From Macrostomum lignano (lineage: Eukaryota): a DNA stretch of 64,000 nt. The translations under genes were made by a program, and so were the position numbers. This document shows, in pieces, positions 12,287-44,689 of this stretch (its first letter is position 1; each line of letters begins with the position of its first letter). Under the pieces are notes generated by a model, which did not search any database, was not told the DNA's origin, and saw only the letters and a program-made list of their open reading frames with translations. The stretch covers positions 186,001 through 250,000 of the forward strand of contig NIVC01000069.1 in NCBI GenBank assembly GCA_002269645.1, read 5' to 3'.

Positions 12287-13023
12287 CCGACGCACTTCAC
12301 TCCTGATTTTGCTAATATTCATTTGTAATTTCTTTTTCAAGAATTGTTGCGCTTACTTATAAAATGCTGTAATGCCTTAAAATACTTGCAAATAATTCAA
12401 TACGCGAACTATGACTTAAATATACATTACGAAGTTGCCTGCACCAGCAGGAACAAAATGAAGCGAACAAGTCTTTTAATTATTCTAATAGCCTCAATTA
12501 CGAAGCCAAGGATCGCTAATATCCCGAAATCGAAAAAATCCAGAGAGCAAAAAAATCGTGAAAAAAAGCTGAGCGAAATTAGCACAAAAAGAAATTTGTG
12601 CTAATTCTACTACTAATAGTAGGCTCATGAGCAAATTTTATCAGGCTCCGCCCAGCGGCGCCGCCCCGGACGCCGGGGCGGAGGTCACGTAGCTCCATGG
12701 GGCGGCCGTCGCCCAAAAAAAGAGCGGAGGCGCGGGCGGACATCGGGGCGGACGGAAAAGTCCCACTGGGAAGTAACAGCTCCTTGTTTCAGTCTCGATT
12801 GTCTCCGGCTAAAAGTAGTAAAACGTTAATTCAAGTTGGACAGTCATCATTCTATTAAGACAGCATAAAATTTATCTCCGTAACACTCTTTTTGTACTTC
12901 CTTGAATTAAAAGCAGCAAAAATACGTACCATCGACCAGAGACATTTCTGAAATTTCTTATCTACATGTATTGAAAAAGCCAAAATGAGATAGGACGAAA
13001 AAACTGCCAAGAGATAAGGCTGC

Positions 13024-14000
13024 GAGGCTGGCCCAGCAACTGAGGATCTGGGAGGCTGGCCCAGCAACTGAGGATCGGGGAGGCTGGCCCAGCAACTGAG
13101 GATCGGGGAGGCTGGCCCAGCAACTGAGGATCGGGGAGGCTGGCCCAGCAACTGAGGATCGGAGAGGCTGGCCCAGCAACTGAGGATCGGGGAGGCTGGC
13201 CCAGCAACTGAGGATCGGGGAGGCTGGCCCAGCAACTGAGGATCGGGGAGGCTGGCCCAGCAACTGAGGATCGGGGAGGCTGGCCCAGCAACTGAGGATC
13301 GGGGAGGCTGGCCCAGCAACTGAGGATCGGGGAGGCTGGCCCAGCAACTGAGGATCGGGGAGGCTGGCCCAGCAACTGAGGATCGGGGAGGCTGGCCCAG
13401 CAACTGAGGATCTGGGAGGCTGGCCCAGCAACTGAGGATCGGGGAGGCTGGCCCAGCAACTGAGGATCGGGGAGGCTGGCCCAGCAACTGAGGATCGGGG
13501 AGGCTGGCCCAGCAACTGAGGATCGGGGAGGCTGGCCCAGCAACTGAGGATCGGGGAGGCTGGCCCAGCAACTGAGGATCGGGGAGGCTGGCCCAGCAAC
13601 TGAGGATCGGGGAGGCTGGCCCAGCAACTGAGGATCTGGGAGGCTGGCCCAGCAACTGAGGATCGGGGAGGCTGGCCCAGCAACTGAGGATCTGGGAGGC
13701 TGGCCCAGCAACTGAGGATCGGGGAGGCTGGCCCAGCAACTGAGGATCGGGGAGGCTGGCCCAGCAACTGAGGATCGGGGAGGCTGGCCCAGCAACTGAG
13801 GATCGGGGAGGCTGGCCCAGCAACTGAGGATCGGGGAGGCTGGCCCAGCAACTGAGGATCGGGGAGGCTGGCCCAGCAACTGAGGATCGGGGAGGCTGGC
13901 CCAGCAACTGAGGATCGGGGAGGCTGGCCCAGCAACTGAGGATCGGGGAGGCTGGCCCAGCAACTGAGGATCGGGGAGGCTGGCCCAGCAACTGAGGATC
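13024..14000. repeat. 28-bp minisatellite (GAGGCTGGCCCAGCAACTGAGGATCGGG) x~35
   Basis: Period 28 read directly; very homogeneous. An inverted, more degenerate copy is at 32683-33060. Confidence 0.96.
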
Positions 14001-14530
14001 TTGCGGGTCACTTGCTACATGTTTGTATAAGGATATGAGGAGAAGGCTATCAGAAGCAGTCATCACGGAAAATGGAGGAACACGTGGGCGTTAGCGGGGT
14101 GGGGGAGAAGTACTCGAGCACTTGCAGCCACGGTGTTACATCAGAGGTGATTCATCAGGTGAGCAAGAGCAAAAGCAACCTGATACAAGTGAGAATTAAA
14201 GCAGACGAGACCAATTCGATAATTTACTCCAGGGTAGATATGGTCGATGATCCAGGTTCTCGGGCACCAAAGTCGGTCGCTATTGAAGTCGCCGCGAATT
14301 TCCAGGGGGTGTGATGACTGATAATTGTGAACTTTTCTGTCAAGGTTGAGATCTCTGAAAATAGATCAATCGTTGGGAGCCACACCTTCGTATCACCTTT
14401 CATCCGTGCCGACCACGACATTTTGGGCGTGTCGCTGGCTTGGTACGAAGCACACTCCCAGGAAGGGGTGTGAAATTCGAGAAGTGGGGTTAGCCAGCTT
14501 TACTGGTGAACGCGCATTCAGAATCAGTTA

Positions 14531-15545
<1,015 letters not shown>

Positions 15546-15773
15546 TCATCATCTATCCATATCTCAGCATCTATCCATATCTCAGCATCGCAAATTCGCC
15601 CACGCCCAGTTCACACCTCGGTAAATTTGAAACTTGAACCCTCTGTCAGGCAGCCCGTCACGCCCCCCAGCATGGCTCCGAGTTTCTTTTAGGCGTCAGA
15701 CAGGTGATTTGCTCCACCTCTTCAGTCAGCCACAAATCCCGGCTGGCAGGCGATAAAACCACTGCTAATTCGG

Positions 15774-15780
15774 TATAAAA
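15774..15780 (+). promoter_or_regulatory. Candidate opsin TATA box
   Basis: TATAAAA 128 nt upstream of the ATG at 15908, preceded by a TAATT homeodomain core (CTAATTCGG). Confidence 0.5.
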
Positions 15781-15907
15781 GAGTCGATTTTAAACTGGAG
15801 AGAAGCTTTCCTCGGCAAGCTGGCAGCTCAGCGCACAGCCTCCAGGAAGCTGAGCAGCCAATGTGAGCTCAATAATCATATCGTTTAGCTCTGATTGCTT
15901 CATCAGC

Positions 15908-18900
15908 ATGGCCTTAGTAGAGATGACGCCGTCGACTATGTCGTGGAGCAACGCCACGACAACGGAGACGCGGTACTGGGCCTGGGACCCGGAGTTCGAG
16001 GCCCTCATCCATCCGTTCTGGCGTCAGTTTCCGCCAGTTCCAGAGCTGCATCATTATCTGGTTGGGATTTACATCAGCGTAGTTGGGATTATTGGCGATG
16101 TGGGCAACCTGCTGGTCCTGTTCATCTTTGTCACGTGAGTCATATTGGCTAGATTAGCAGTCCATTCTGTCCCTTTAACTATGAAGACTAGATTAGCAAT
16201 CCACGTAGACGAGACATGCAAATATTCCCAATTGCAGCACGAAGGCTCTGCGAACGCCGCCAAATATTTTTCTGGTGAATCTGGCCATCTCGGACCTGTC
16301 TTTCTCCGTCATCATGGGCTTCCCATTGCTGACAATATCGAGTTTTAACGGTCGCTGGGCTTGGGGACGATTGGGTATATAAACTTTTCTCTTACTAATA
16401 GTAATATAATGCTATAGTAATATATTTCTTTTTCTTTTGAAATCAATTATTCTTAAATTTCCAACTTTCTGCTTTTACAAGCGTCTGGTATTAGCAGTAT
16501 AAATTGGACATAAGTCGCAAACCAATAATAATTATCGTTTTTACAGCCTGCGAACTCTACGGCTTCTTTGGCGGTGTACTGGGCTTCGTGTCTATTCACA
16601 CACTGGCCCTCATCTCCATGGACCGTTATTTCGTCATCGCCCAACCGTTTGAAGCGCTTAAGCGCCTTACATATACCCGGGCCATTGTGATGGTGTTCTT
16701 CGCTTGGTCGCTGGCTCTGCTCTGGGCTATTCCACCTTTCTTTGGCTACGGTAAGAATCGATTTTAAATGAATGAAAAAAGTTAAATAATGGATAAATGA
16801 CTTTCAGGATGCCAAACCTTCGGTTTGTGTACATTGTAAGGCTTGCGTACATTTGATTTTAGCAATTCCAAACACATGTTTCTTATCTTTTGTCTTTCCT
16901 TTGCTGATTTGATTTCCGCAAAATAATGTACGTTCGCTGATAGTGTACGCTTGATTTCGTGACTCTCCAAACCCCGCCTCACGCCTCGCCCCAACCCCCC
17001 AACCCAACACTTCTCTATCCCTGCACAGTCCTCTCTCTGATTACTGCCAACTATCTACATTCGCTGTGAGTGTACGCTTGGTTTGAAGAATCTCCGCACC
17101 CCGCCTCACGCCGCGCCCCAACCCCCCAACCCAACACTTCTCTATCCCTGCACAGTCCTCTCTCTGATTACTGCCAACTATCTACATTCGCTGTGAGTGT
17201 ACGCTTGGTTTGAAGAATCTTCGCACCCCGCCTCACGCCGCGCCCCAACCCCCCAACCCAACACTTCTCTATTCCTGCACAGTCCTCTCTCTGATTACTG
17301 CCAACTATGTACATTCGCTGTGAGTGTACGCTTGGTTTGAAGAATCTTCGCACCCCGCCTCACGCCGCGCCCCAACCCCCCTCCCATTCTTCTCTGCCTT
17401 TCTGATTAACTGCCAAATATGTACATTGAGGACTGATGCGCACATGTAGACAGCAGATTACTCTCGTACAAAACCCCCACCTCACGCCGTGTTCTACGAG
17501 TACATCACTCATCGATTTCTATTCTCTTGCAAAGTTTTTTACGCTTGAATAGGGTATGAAAAGTACACTTCCTGTCAATCTATAATTACATCGATTACTT
17601 GTATTTTCCAGGCTACTTCGTACCGGAAGGCTTCCAGACGTCCTGCACCTTTGATTACCTCAGTCAGGACAAGGGCAATCTTATTTTTAACGGCCTGATG
17701 TACTCCTGCGGCTTTGTACTGCCTTTGTCGATTATCTTCTTTTGCTACTACAAAATCGTACGCGCTGTTCGATCTCACGAGCTGGAGCTGATCAAGATGG
17801 CAACGAAGATGGGCGGTCACAGCATGAAGTCGGGTATGTCAGTCAGTAGTACATGTGCTTTCCGTTCCTTTCGTGTTGCACCAACTTTGAAGTTGCCAGC
17901 ACCCGGATAAGTAGTACACAGGCACGCGGTCACTCAGGGGTGTACATCGCCAGGCAAGGAATTTACATGTACACACGCTCTGTACCATGGGTGTTGACGC
18001 TCTTGGTGGGCGCCCCTGTCTCTTGGTTGGCGCCCCTGTCTCATGGTTGGCGCCCCTGTCTCATGGTTGGCGCCCCTGTCTCTTGGTTGGCGCCCCTGTC
18101 TCTTGGTTGGCGCCCTGTCTCTTGGTTGGCGCCCCTGTCTCATAGTTGGCATCCGTGTCTCTTGGTTGGCGCCCCTGTCTCTTGGTTGGCATCCGTGTCT
18201 CTCGGTTGGCGCCTCTGTCTCTTGGTTGGCGCCCCTGTCTCTTGGTTGGCGCCCCTGTCTCTTGGTTGGCGCCCTGTCTCTTGGTTGGCGCCCCTGTCTC
18301 ATGGTTGGCATCCGTGTCTCTTGGTTGGCGCCCCTGTCTCTTGGTTGGCGCCCCTGTCTCTTGGTTGGCGCCCCTGTCTCATGGTTGGCATCCGTGTCTC
18401 ATGGTTGGCGCCCCTGTCTCTTGGTTGGCGCCCCTGGCTCTTGGTTGGCGCCCCTGTCTCTTGGTTGGCGCCCCTGTCTCTTGGTTGGCGCCCTGTCTCT
18501 TGGTTGGCGCCCCTGTCTCATAGTTGGCATCCGTGTCTCTCGGTTGGCGCCTCTGTCTCTTGGTTGGCGCCCCTGTCTCTTGGTTGGCGCCCCTGTCTCT
18601 TGGTTGGCGCCCTGTCTCTTGGTTGGCGCCCCTGTCTCATAGTTGGCATCTGTGTCTCTTGGTTGGCGCCCCTGTCTCTTGGTTGGCATCCGTGTCTCTC
18701 GGTTGGCGCCTCTGTCTCTTGGTTGGCGCCCCTGTCTCTTGGTTGGCGCCCCTGTCTCTTGGTTGGCGCCCTGTCTCTTGGTTGGCGCCCCTGTCTCATG
18801 GTTGGCATCCGTGTCTCTTGGTTGGCGCCCCTGTCTCTTGGTTGGCATCCGTGTCTCTCGGTTGGCGCCTCTGTCTCTTGGTTGGCGCCCCTGTCTCTTG

Positions 18901-20870
18901 GTTGGCGCCCTGTCTCTTGGTTGGCATCCGTGTCTCTTGGTTGGCGCCCCTGTCTCATGGTTGGCATCCGTGTCTCTTGGTTGGCGCCCCTGTCTCTTGG
19001 TTGGCATCCGTGTCTCTCGGTTGGCGCCTCTGTCTCTTGGTTGGCGCCCCTGTCTCTTGGTTGGCGCCCTGTCTCATGGTTGGAATCCGTGTCTCTTGGT
19101 TGGCGCCCCTGTCTCTTGGTTGGCATCCGTGTCTCTCGGTTGGCGCCTCTGTCTCTTGGTTGGCGCCCCTGTCTCTTGGTTGGCGCCTCTGTCTCTTGGT
19201 TGGCGCGCCTGTCTCATGGTTGGCGCCATTGTCTCATGGTTGGCGCCCCTGTCTCATGGTTGGCGCCCCTGTCTCTTGGTTGGCGCCCCTGTCTCATGGT
19301 TGGCGCCCCTGTCTCTTGGTTGGCGCCCCTGTCTCTTGGTTGGCGCCCCTGGCTCTTGGTTGGCGCCCCTGTCTCTTGGTTGGCGACCCTGTCTCATGGT
19401 TGGCGCCCCTGTCTCATGGTTGGCGCCCCTGTCTCATGGTTGGCGCCCCTGTCTCTTGGTTGGCGCCCCTGTCTCATGGTTGGCATCCGTGTCTCATGGT
19501 TGGCGCCCCTGTCTCTTGGTTGGCATCCGTGTCTCTCGGTTGGCGCCTCTGTCTCTTGGTTGGCGCCCCTGTCTCTTGGTTGGCGCCCCTGTCTCATGGT
19601 TGGCGCCATTGTCTCATGGTTGGCGCCCCTGTCTCTTGGTTGGCGCCCCTGTCTCTTGGTTGGCGCCCCTGTCTCTTGGTTGGCGCCCCTGGCTCTTGGT
19701 TGGCGCCCCTGTCTCTTGGTTGGCGCCCCTGTCTCATGGTTGGCGACCCTGTCTCATGGTTGGCGCCCCTGTCTTATGGTTGGCGCCCCTGTCTCATGGT
19801 TGGCGCCCCTGTCTCTTAGGCCAGTGGAGGTCACGTCTAAGAGATGTAAAAGTTGAGCTGCTGTCATTTACTGCGCCCTGCCCCCTGAGTGGTCCTTTCC
19901 GCATCAGCAGCCTGACCGACTATTACTCAATTTCACAGCCGATCAGAAAAGTGACTTAAAGACAGCCAAGATCGCCCTGATCACGATCTCGCTGTACCTG
20001 CTGAGCTGGACTCCCTACGCTACCGTTGCCTTCCTGTCTCTTATTGGCAAACGCGACCACCTGAACCCGTACACCTCGGAGCTCCCGGTTCTGGCTGCCA
20101 AGACCTCGGCAATCTACAATCCGATCATCTACTCGCTCAGCCATCCGAAATTTCGAGCCGTGCTGGAAAAGAAATTCCCTTGGCTGCTGTGCTGCTGCCC
20201 GCCGAAGGCTAAGGTAAAATAATGAGGGCACTTTAAAAATTTTCCCATTTGATTCTTATGCTTCGAACTCTGATCTTTCCAACAATGATCTCCATTCTTC
20301 CCCTCTCTGATTCCCATTCTTCCCCTCTCTGATCCCTATTCTTCCCCTCTCTTATCGCAATTCTTCCCCTCTCTAATCATCATTCTTCCCCTCTCTGATC
20401 CCTATTCTTCCCCTCTCTTATCCTCATTCTTCCCCTCTCTTATCGCAATTCTTCCCCCTCTCTGATCCCAAATATTCCCCTCTCTGATCACTATTCTTCC
20501 CCTCTCTGATCCCAATTCTTCCCCTCTCTGATCCCTATTCTTCCCCTCTCTTATTGCAATTCTTCCCCTCTCTTATCGCAATTCTTCCCCTCTTTGATCC
20601 CAATTCTTCCCCTCTCTGATCCCTATTCTTCCCCTCTCTGATCCCTATTCTTCCCCTCTCTGATCCCTATTCTTCCCCTCTAATCACAACTCTCTCTCCC
20701 ACTTCCAGAAACGTGAGGCCACAAGCAGCGCTGGCAGCAAATTCTCCCGCCGAGACACCGAAAAAGACAGCGGCTTCCCCAGCCAGCGCGCCCCTGAAGA
20801 TGGCGCTGCTGCGCCGCCAGCCATCACGGAGGGCAACGACAACAAGGGCTACGAAACCGACAGGGTGTGA
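15908..20870 (+). CDS. r-opsin: Rhabdomeric (Gq-coupled) opsin, 6 exons, ~408 aa
   Basis: Exons 15908-16134, 16238-16374, 16547-16750, 17612-17833, 19939-20213 and 20709-20870; GT-AG, in phase, 1227 nt. Motifs: HPFW, GNLLV, LRTPPNIFLVNLAISD, CELYG, DRY, PEGFQTSCTFDY (E181 counterion), SWTPYA, retinal-binding Lys in LAAKTSAIYNPIIY (20100-20102), r-opsin HPKF, CCC palmitoylation cluster, N-terminal NAT sequon. The start ATG could instead be 15923 or 15938. Confidence 0.96.
16970..17390. repeat. 127-bp tandem repeat x~3.3 in opsin intron 3
   Basis: TTACTGCCAAC recurs at 17041, 17168 and 17295. Confidence 0.9.
17998..19817. repeat. 20-bp minisatellite (GGTTGGCGCCCCTGTCTCTT)n in opsin intron 4
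   Basis: Variant of the TCAF intron 6 unit; the first unit is still GGTGGGCGCC. Shows higher-order variant patterns. Confidence 0.95.
20288..20700. repeat. ~22-bp pyrimidine-rich repeat (TATTCTTCCCCTCTCTGATCCC) in opsin intron 5
   Basis: Direct reading; runs into the acceptor at 20708. Confidence 0.9.
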
Positions 20871-21019
20871 AGATCGGTAAACTTCAAGTGAAAGCTGTTG
20901 AAGTAATGATATTACGAGCATAAAATTTCCATTATTCTAAAGGGTTTTAAGACCATCGGTGACAATATGACGATCGCTATTTTCTACAAACTAAAGTTTC
21001 TAAGCCAGAAAGCTTATAG

Positions 21020-21025
21020 AATAAA
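21020..21025 (+). terminator. Candidate opsin polyadenylation signal
   Basis: First AATAAA ~150 nt after the stop codon. Confidence 0.4.
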
Positions 21026-21863
21026 GACAGGTTGAGCCATAGACAATACATGTACACTAATTTCTGCCTGAGAAACTCGACTGAGTGAGGGAGACACACG
21101 CTGTGAAAAATTGTAGTGACGACATGGTGACGAAATGCGACGACAGGCTAGACACGACAACCTTGTCGATTTTCTATCGATTTACTAAAATAAGTATAAT
21201 TTGTTCAAGTTCGTGTTGTCTATGGCCGAACCTATCTGTATTGCTTTCTTGGATTTCAACTTAGTGCGACAGAAACGTGACGTTAAAAAATCTACCAGTT
21301 ATATAAGAGAATTGTGAGAGACTTTTTTACAATGAGCTTCTTGAGATCACGCTTTAAATGCACAGCACTGTTGCACTACAGCTTTTAGTTTTAGAATTGT
21401 TTAATGATAGAATGACAAGCATAGACTAGCTCGTATCTATGAAAAAGCATACAGGCTGACGAAGTTGAACTATTTGTTACTAAAAGAGGTATCTTTTTGC
21501 ACAGTTGCTTTGCACAATCTAGCGTATGCACTTTAGATTGCAGATCGTCGATCAAATTTTAGTGCCTAGAAACCTCTGTTTAAAAATTATTTACCTTAGC
21601 AACGCTTTGGTAGGCAAGCGCGCTAAGGATGAAATATTTTAAAACAGGTCTTTCTGATGCTTGAGATTTTTAAGTCAATTAAACTAAGCACTGAAATTTT
21701 TTGTTATTTCTTTGGCCTGGCAAGTAGAACATTCTAGTCTTCTATTGTAACAGCTCTATCTATTTCTGAAATTTATCTTTACTACTTTTATTAAAATTCA
21801 TAAAGTCACACAACGCTTACGCTCGTATAAGGATGCACCACGATAGAAGTTTATAAACAGCTA

Positions 21864-22110
21864 GAGGGGCAGTGGCGGAGTGTACAATGGGGCAGAGGGG
21901 CAGTGGCGGAGTGTACAATGGGGGCAGAGGGGCAGTGGCGGAGTGTACAATGGGGGCAGAGGGGCAGTGGCGAAGTGTACAATGGGGCAGAGGGGCAGTG
22001 GCGGAGTGTACAATGGGGGCAGAGGGGCAGTGGCGGAGTGTACAATGGGGGCAGAGGGGCAGTGGCGGAGTGTACAATGGGGCAGAGGGGTAACGGAGGA
22101 GTGTACAATG
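21864..22110. repeat. 32/33-bp tandem repeat (GGGGCAGAGGGGCAGTGGCGGAGTGTACAATG)
   Basis: Direct reading, ~7 units. Confidence 0.9.
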
Positions 22111-22389
22111 AGAGTGGAATGGAGAAGATGGTTTAATGAGAGGAGTGTGAAAAATAAATGCGGTGCGCTTTATAGACAGTTTCTTTAGCGCTATTCGCAC
22201 AAACTTTCATTCATAAGCATAAAAATAAATTTATTTCAATTTCGATACTAGTGAATAGTACTCAAGCAAGCATTAGTACAGTTTAGTGTAAAAAAACCAT
22301 GCATAAAATTGTCGAGCAAAGCGTGAAGGTTAACGAAAAAAGCAAAGTTTCAAGTGACTCGAGTTGTAACATAGATTAGTGTACATGTT

Positions 22390-22650
22390 TAGCGTACACA
22401 GGGATGTAGAGATATTGTACATGTACACAGCTAGATGCACAGAGATTATTGTACATGTACTTAGCTATATGTATAGAGATTATTGTACATTTATTACACA
22501 GCTAGATGTACAGAGATTATTGTACATGTAGTACACAGCTAGATGTACAGAGATTATTGTACATGTAGTACACAGCTAGATGCACAGAGATTATTGTACA
22601 TGTAGTACACAGCTGGATATACAGAGATTATTGTACATGTACACAGCTAA
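22390..22650. repeat. ~37-bp tandem repeat containing TGTACATGTA
   Basis: Direct reading, ~7 units. Confidence 0.85.
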
Positions 22651-22780
22651 ATAAAACACAACTTAATGCAACGAGAAAAATAAACCATAAAAAACTGCTT
22701 TTTAGCCTCAGCTAAAAATTAATATTAATCTTCAGAAGCATTCTCAAGATTCTATACAGATACCGAAAAGGTTAAAACTT

Positions 22781-22983
22781 TTACAGCGCAGTTTCGCGAA
22801 CGCACGGATTAGCAAAGATTTCGTCTGGCAAAGCAAAATTGTCGTCTCGGTAGTTGTCAGAATCTTCGCCGAGAATTTGAGTGCTGACCTGACAGGTGAG
22901 TCGGGAGTAGGTGACAACCTGCTGTTGCTGCTGCTGCTGTTGTTCGGATTTTGGCCGACCAGCAATCAAAAATGCGATCCCGG
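22781..22983 (-). CDS. Probable additional or alternative terminal exon of the mGluR, ending ..PCVRETAL*
   Basis: Strong acceptor TTTCTCTCCACAG| at 22984. Phase-1 frame xGIAFLIAGRPKSEQQQQQQQQVVTYSRL..DEIFANPCVRETAL*. Compatible phase-1 donor T|GTAGGT at 25040/25039 in the last mGluR exon. Confidence 0.5.
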
Positions 22984-23032
22984 CTGTGGAGAGAAATTAA
23001 TAAAATGCGATGGCTTTCTTTTACAAGAAAAG

Positions 23033-23455
23033 TAGCTAATGCTCACCTAATTCTGTAGCTAATGCTCACCTAATTCTGTAGCTAATGCTCACCTAATTCT
23101 GTAGCTAATGCTCACCTAATTCTGTAGCTAATGCTCACCTAATTCTGTAGCTAATGCTCACCTAATTCTGTAGCTAATGCTCACCTAATTCTGTAGCTAA
23201 TGCTCACCTAATTCTGTAGCTAATGCTCACCTAATTCTGTAGCTAATGCTCACCTAATTCTGTAGCTAATGCTCACCTAATTCTGTAGCTAATGCTCACC
23301 TAATTCTGTAGCTAATGCTCACCTAATTCTGTAGCTAATGCTCACCTAATTCTGTAGCTAATGCTCACCTAATTCTGTAGCTAATGCTCACCTAATTCTG
23401 TAGCTAATGCTCACCTAATTCTGTAGCTAATGCTCACCTAATTCTGTAGCTAATG
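23033..23455. repeat. 23-bp minisatellite (GTAGCTAATGCTCACCTAATTCT) x~18
   Basis: Direct reading; near-perfect units. Confidence 0.95.
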
Positions 23456-24004
23456 TGCGGCTAATTCTACCAGTATAACTGATGTCTTTATAATTTTTTT
23501 GCTATTGGGCTCCTAATTCTGTAGCTAATATGCGCCTGTCTGTAATCAATGGGCGCCTAATTCTGATGATAATAGGCGCCAAAGTCTATCTAAGAGGCGC
23601 CAATTGCTCTGTCACGTGTGTCTTTTCTATTTATTTTCTGTACTTTGAACTCAGCAATTAAAGTCTCTAAAGAAAATCATTGGGGCGAATTGAAATAGTT
23701 GCCTTATTGATACTTATAAAACCAAGGATAGGAAACTATACAAACGTAAAAATAAAACATTAGGCGTCAGTGTAGATAGTTTTTGTTGCCATTACTGAAA
23801 TTGAGGAAAAATTTTTGTGCGGTACACAATAGTTTGTGCATTTCAAGTGGACAGACAACAGGAATGTACATGTACAATGTACATGTAAAGTTGTAACTCG
23901 CTATGTTGAGGTTTATGAGGTCTACGCCATTCATAGAAAGCTATACCTTGTTCTGAATCATCTATGAGCTACACACAGGCATGAATTTAATTCTCTGATG
24001 TCAT

Positions 24005-24410
24005 GCTCCTCCGCACCCCCAAATTAACCCACCATCCCAATTTTCTCGCGTCCTGATTGACCCTCCTCACCACCAAATTAACCCACCACCCCAATTCTCT
24101 CGCGTCCTGACTGACCATCCTCACCACCAAATTAACCCACCACCCCAATTCTCTCGCGTCCTGACTGACCCTCCGCACCCACAAATTAACCCATCACCCC
24201 AATTCTCTCGCGTCCTGATTGACCCTCCTCACTCCCAAATTAACCTACCACCCCAATTCTCTCGCGTCATGACTGACCCTCCGCACCACAAATTAACCCA
24301 CCACCCCAACTCTTTCGCGTCATGACTGACCCTCCGCACTCCCAAATTAACCCACCACCCCAACTCTCTCGCGTCATGACTGACCCTCCGCACCCACAAA
24401 TTAACTCACG
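24005..24410. repeat. 54-bp tandem repeat x~7.5
   Basis: AAATTAACCC recurs at 24021, 24075, 24129 and onward. Confidence 0.9.
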
Positions 24411-24804
24411 ATCCCAATCCTCTCGTGTTCTAATTGTTATAGAGATCTCAAATGCAATTATGTATTGCTGTACGCCAGACAACAATTGAATAGTGTCAAA
24501 CCAAATATTTTCTACAAGAAGCAACCACACTAATAGCTAAACTGACAATCGGTACAATTTACCGATCGTGTCTCAAGCTAAAACTGTGCATCTTCTCCGC
24601 ATTCGCTTCTCCCCTTTCGAATCAATATATAGTCTTATTTCTCTCCATAGGACTAAGTGTTTTTTGTGTAACGAAACGATGATGGGTAGATAGTATCGTT
24701 TTTTGACCACAAATGTTTTAACTCTAAAAAATTTGAGTTGAATTTTTAGGAAATTTAAAATAAATTTGAGTTGAAAATTGGACTTCCTGGTCACAGCATT
24801 AGAG

Positions 24805-24990
24805 ATCTTTGTGGAGGGGGAGAAGAGGAACGGAAAAGTGGGGATAGAAGCGGAGGGGAATAAGCAGAGGGGGGAAGCGGAGGGGTAGAAGCGGAGGGGG
24901 AGAAGCGGAGGGGAAGAAGCAGGGGGGAGAAGCGGAGGGGAGAAGCGGAGGGGGAGAAGCGGAGGGGGAGAAGCGAAGGGGAGAAGCGGC
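24805..24990. repeat. ~14-bp repeat (GAGAAGCGGAGGGG) just past the exon-6 stop of the mGluR
   Basis: Direct reading. Confidence 0.85.
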
Positions 24991-25010
24991 CTGATCGCGC
25001 AGACAGCCAT

Positions 25011-44368
<19,358 letters not shown>

Positions 44369-44689
44369 CTCCAGTTTTTTAGGTTTCGAGAGCAGATTTT
44401 TTTGTTCTGAGCTGTCTTCAAATTTATTGGGAAAAATAACAGCTCGCCTTTACTCTCCCTGAGTTGTCTAGACTCCGCGAAAGTACAAATCTATTGGTTC
44501 AGAAGCGGACCAATTGCATTCGGGGGAAACTGCGGCTTCATCTGTGACCCTTGAGCCCTAGGAATTATTGAACTACTAACTTGTGCTCAATCTAGATGAT
44601 CAAATTGAAATCCTGTATGATGTAGATATCAACGCCATAACTATGACTCCAAGAGTACTGGAGTTTGTTAGTTTGTTAGAGGTTGTCAG

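Larger units (their letters stand above)
7819..12770. mobile_element. Putative non-autonomous CACTA/EnSpm-like DNA transposon (~4.95 kb)
   Basis: Left end CCCAGTGGTAC at 7819; right end reads CCCAGTGGGAC on the reverse strand (ends 12770), a 10/11 match. AA flanks both ends (2-bp TSD). GGGGCGG/CCGCCC subterminal motifs cluster at 7835-8050 and 12645-12760. Encloses the DUF4806-like gene; no transposase seen. Confidence 0.6.

Noticed and set aside
13024-14000. CRISPR-like appearance of the 28-bp, 41-bp and 23-bp arrays
   Set aside because: Units are head-to-tail with no unique spacers, there are no cas genes, and the context is eukaryotic.
14180-14330. Minus-strand GDFN...IDHIY words suggesting an AP-endonuclease remnant
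   Set aside because: The motifs are far closer together than in real APE domains and are surrounded by stops; could be chance.
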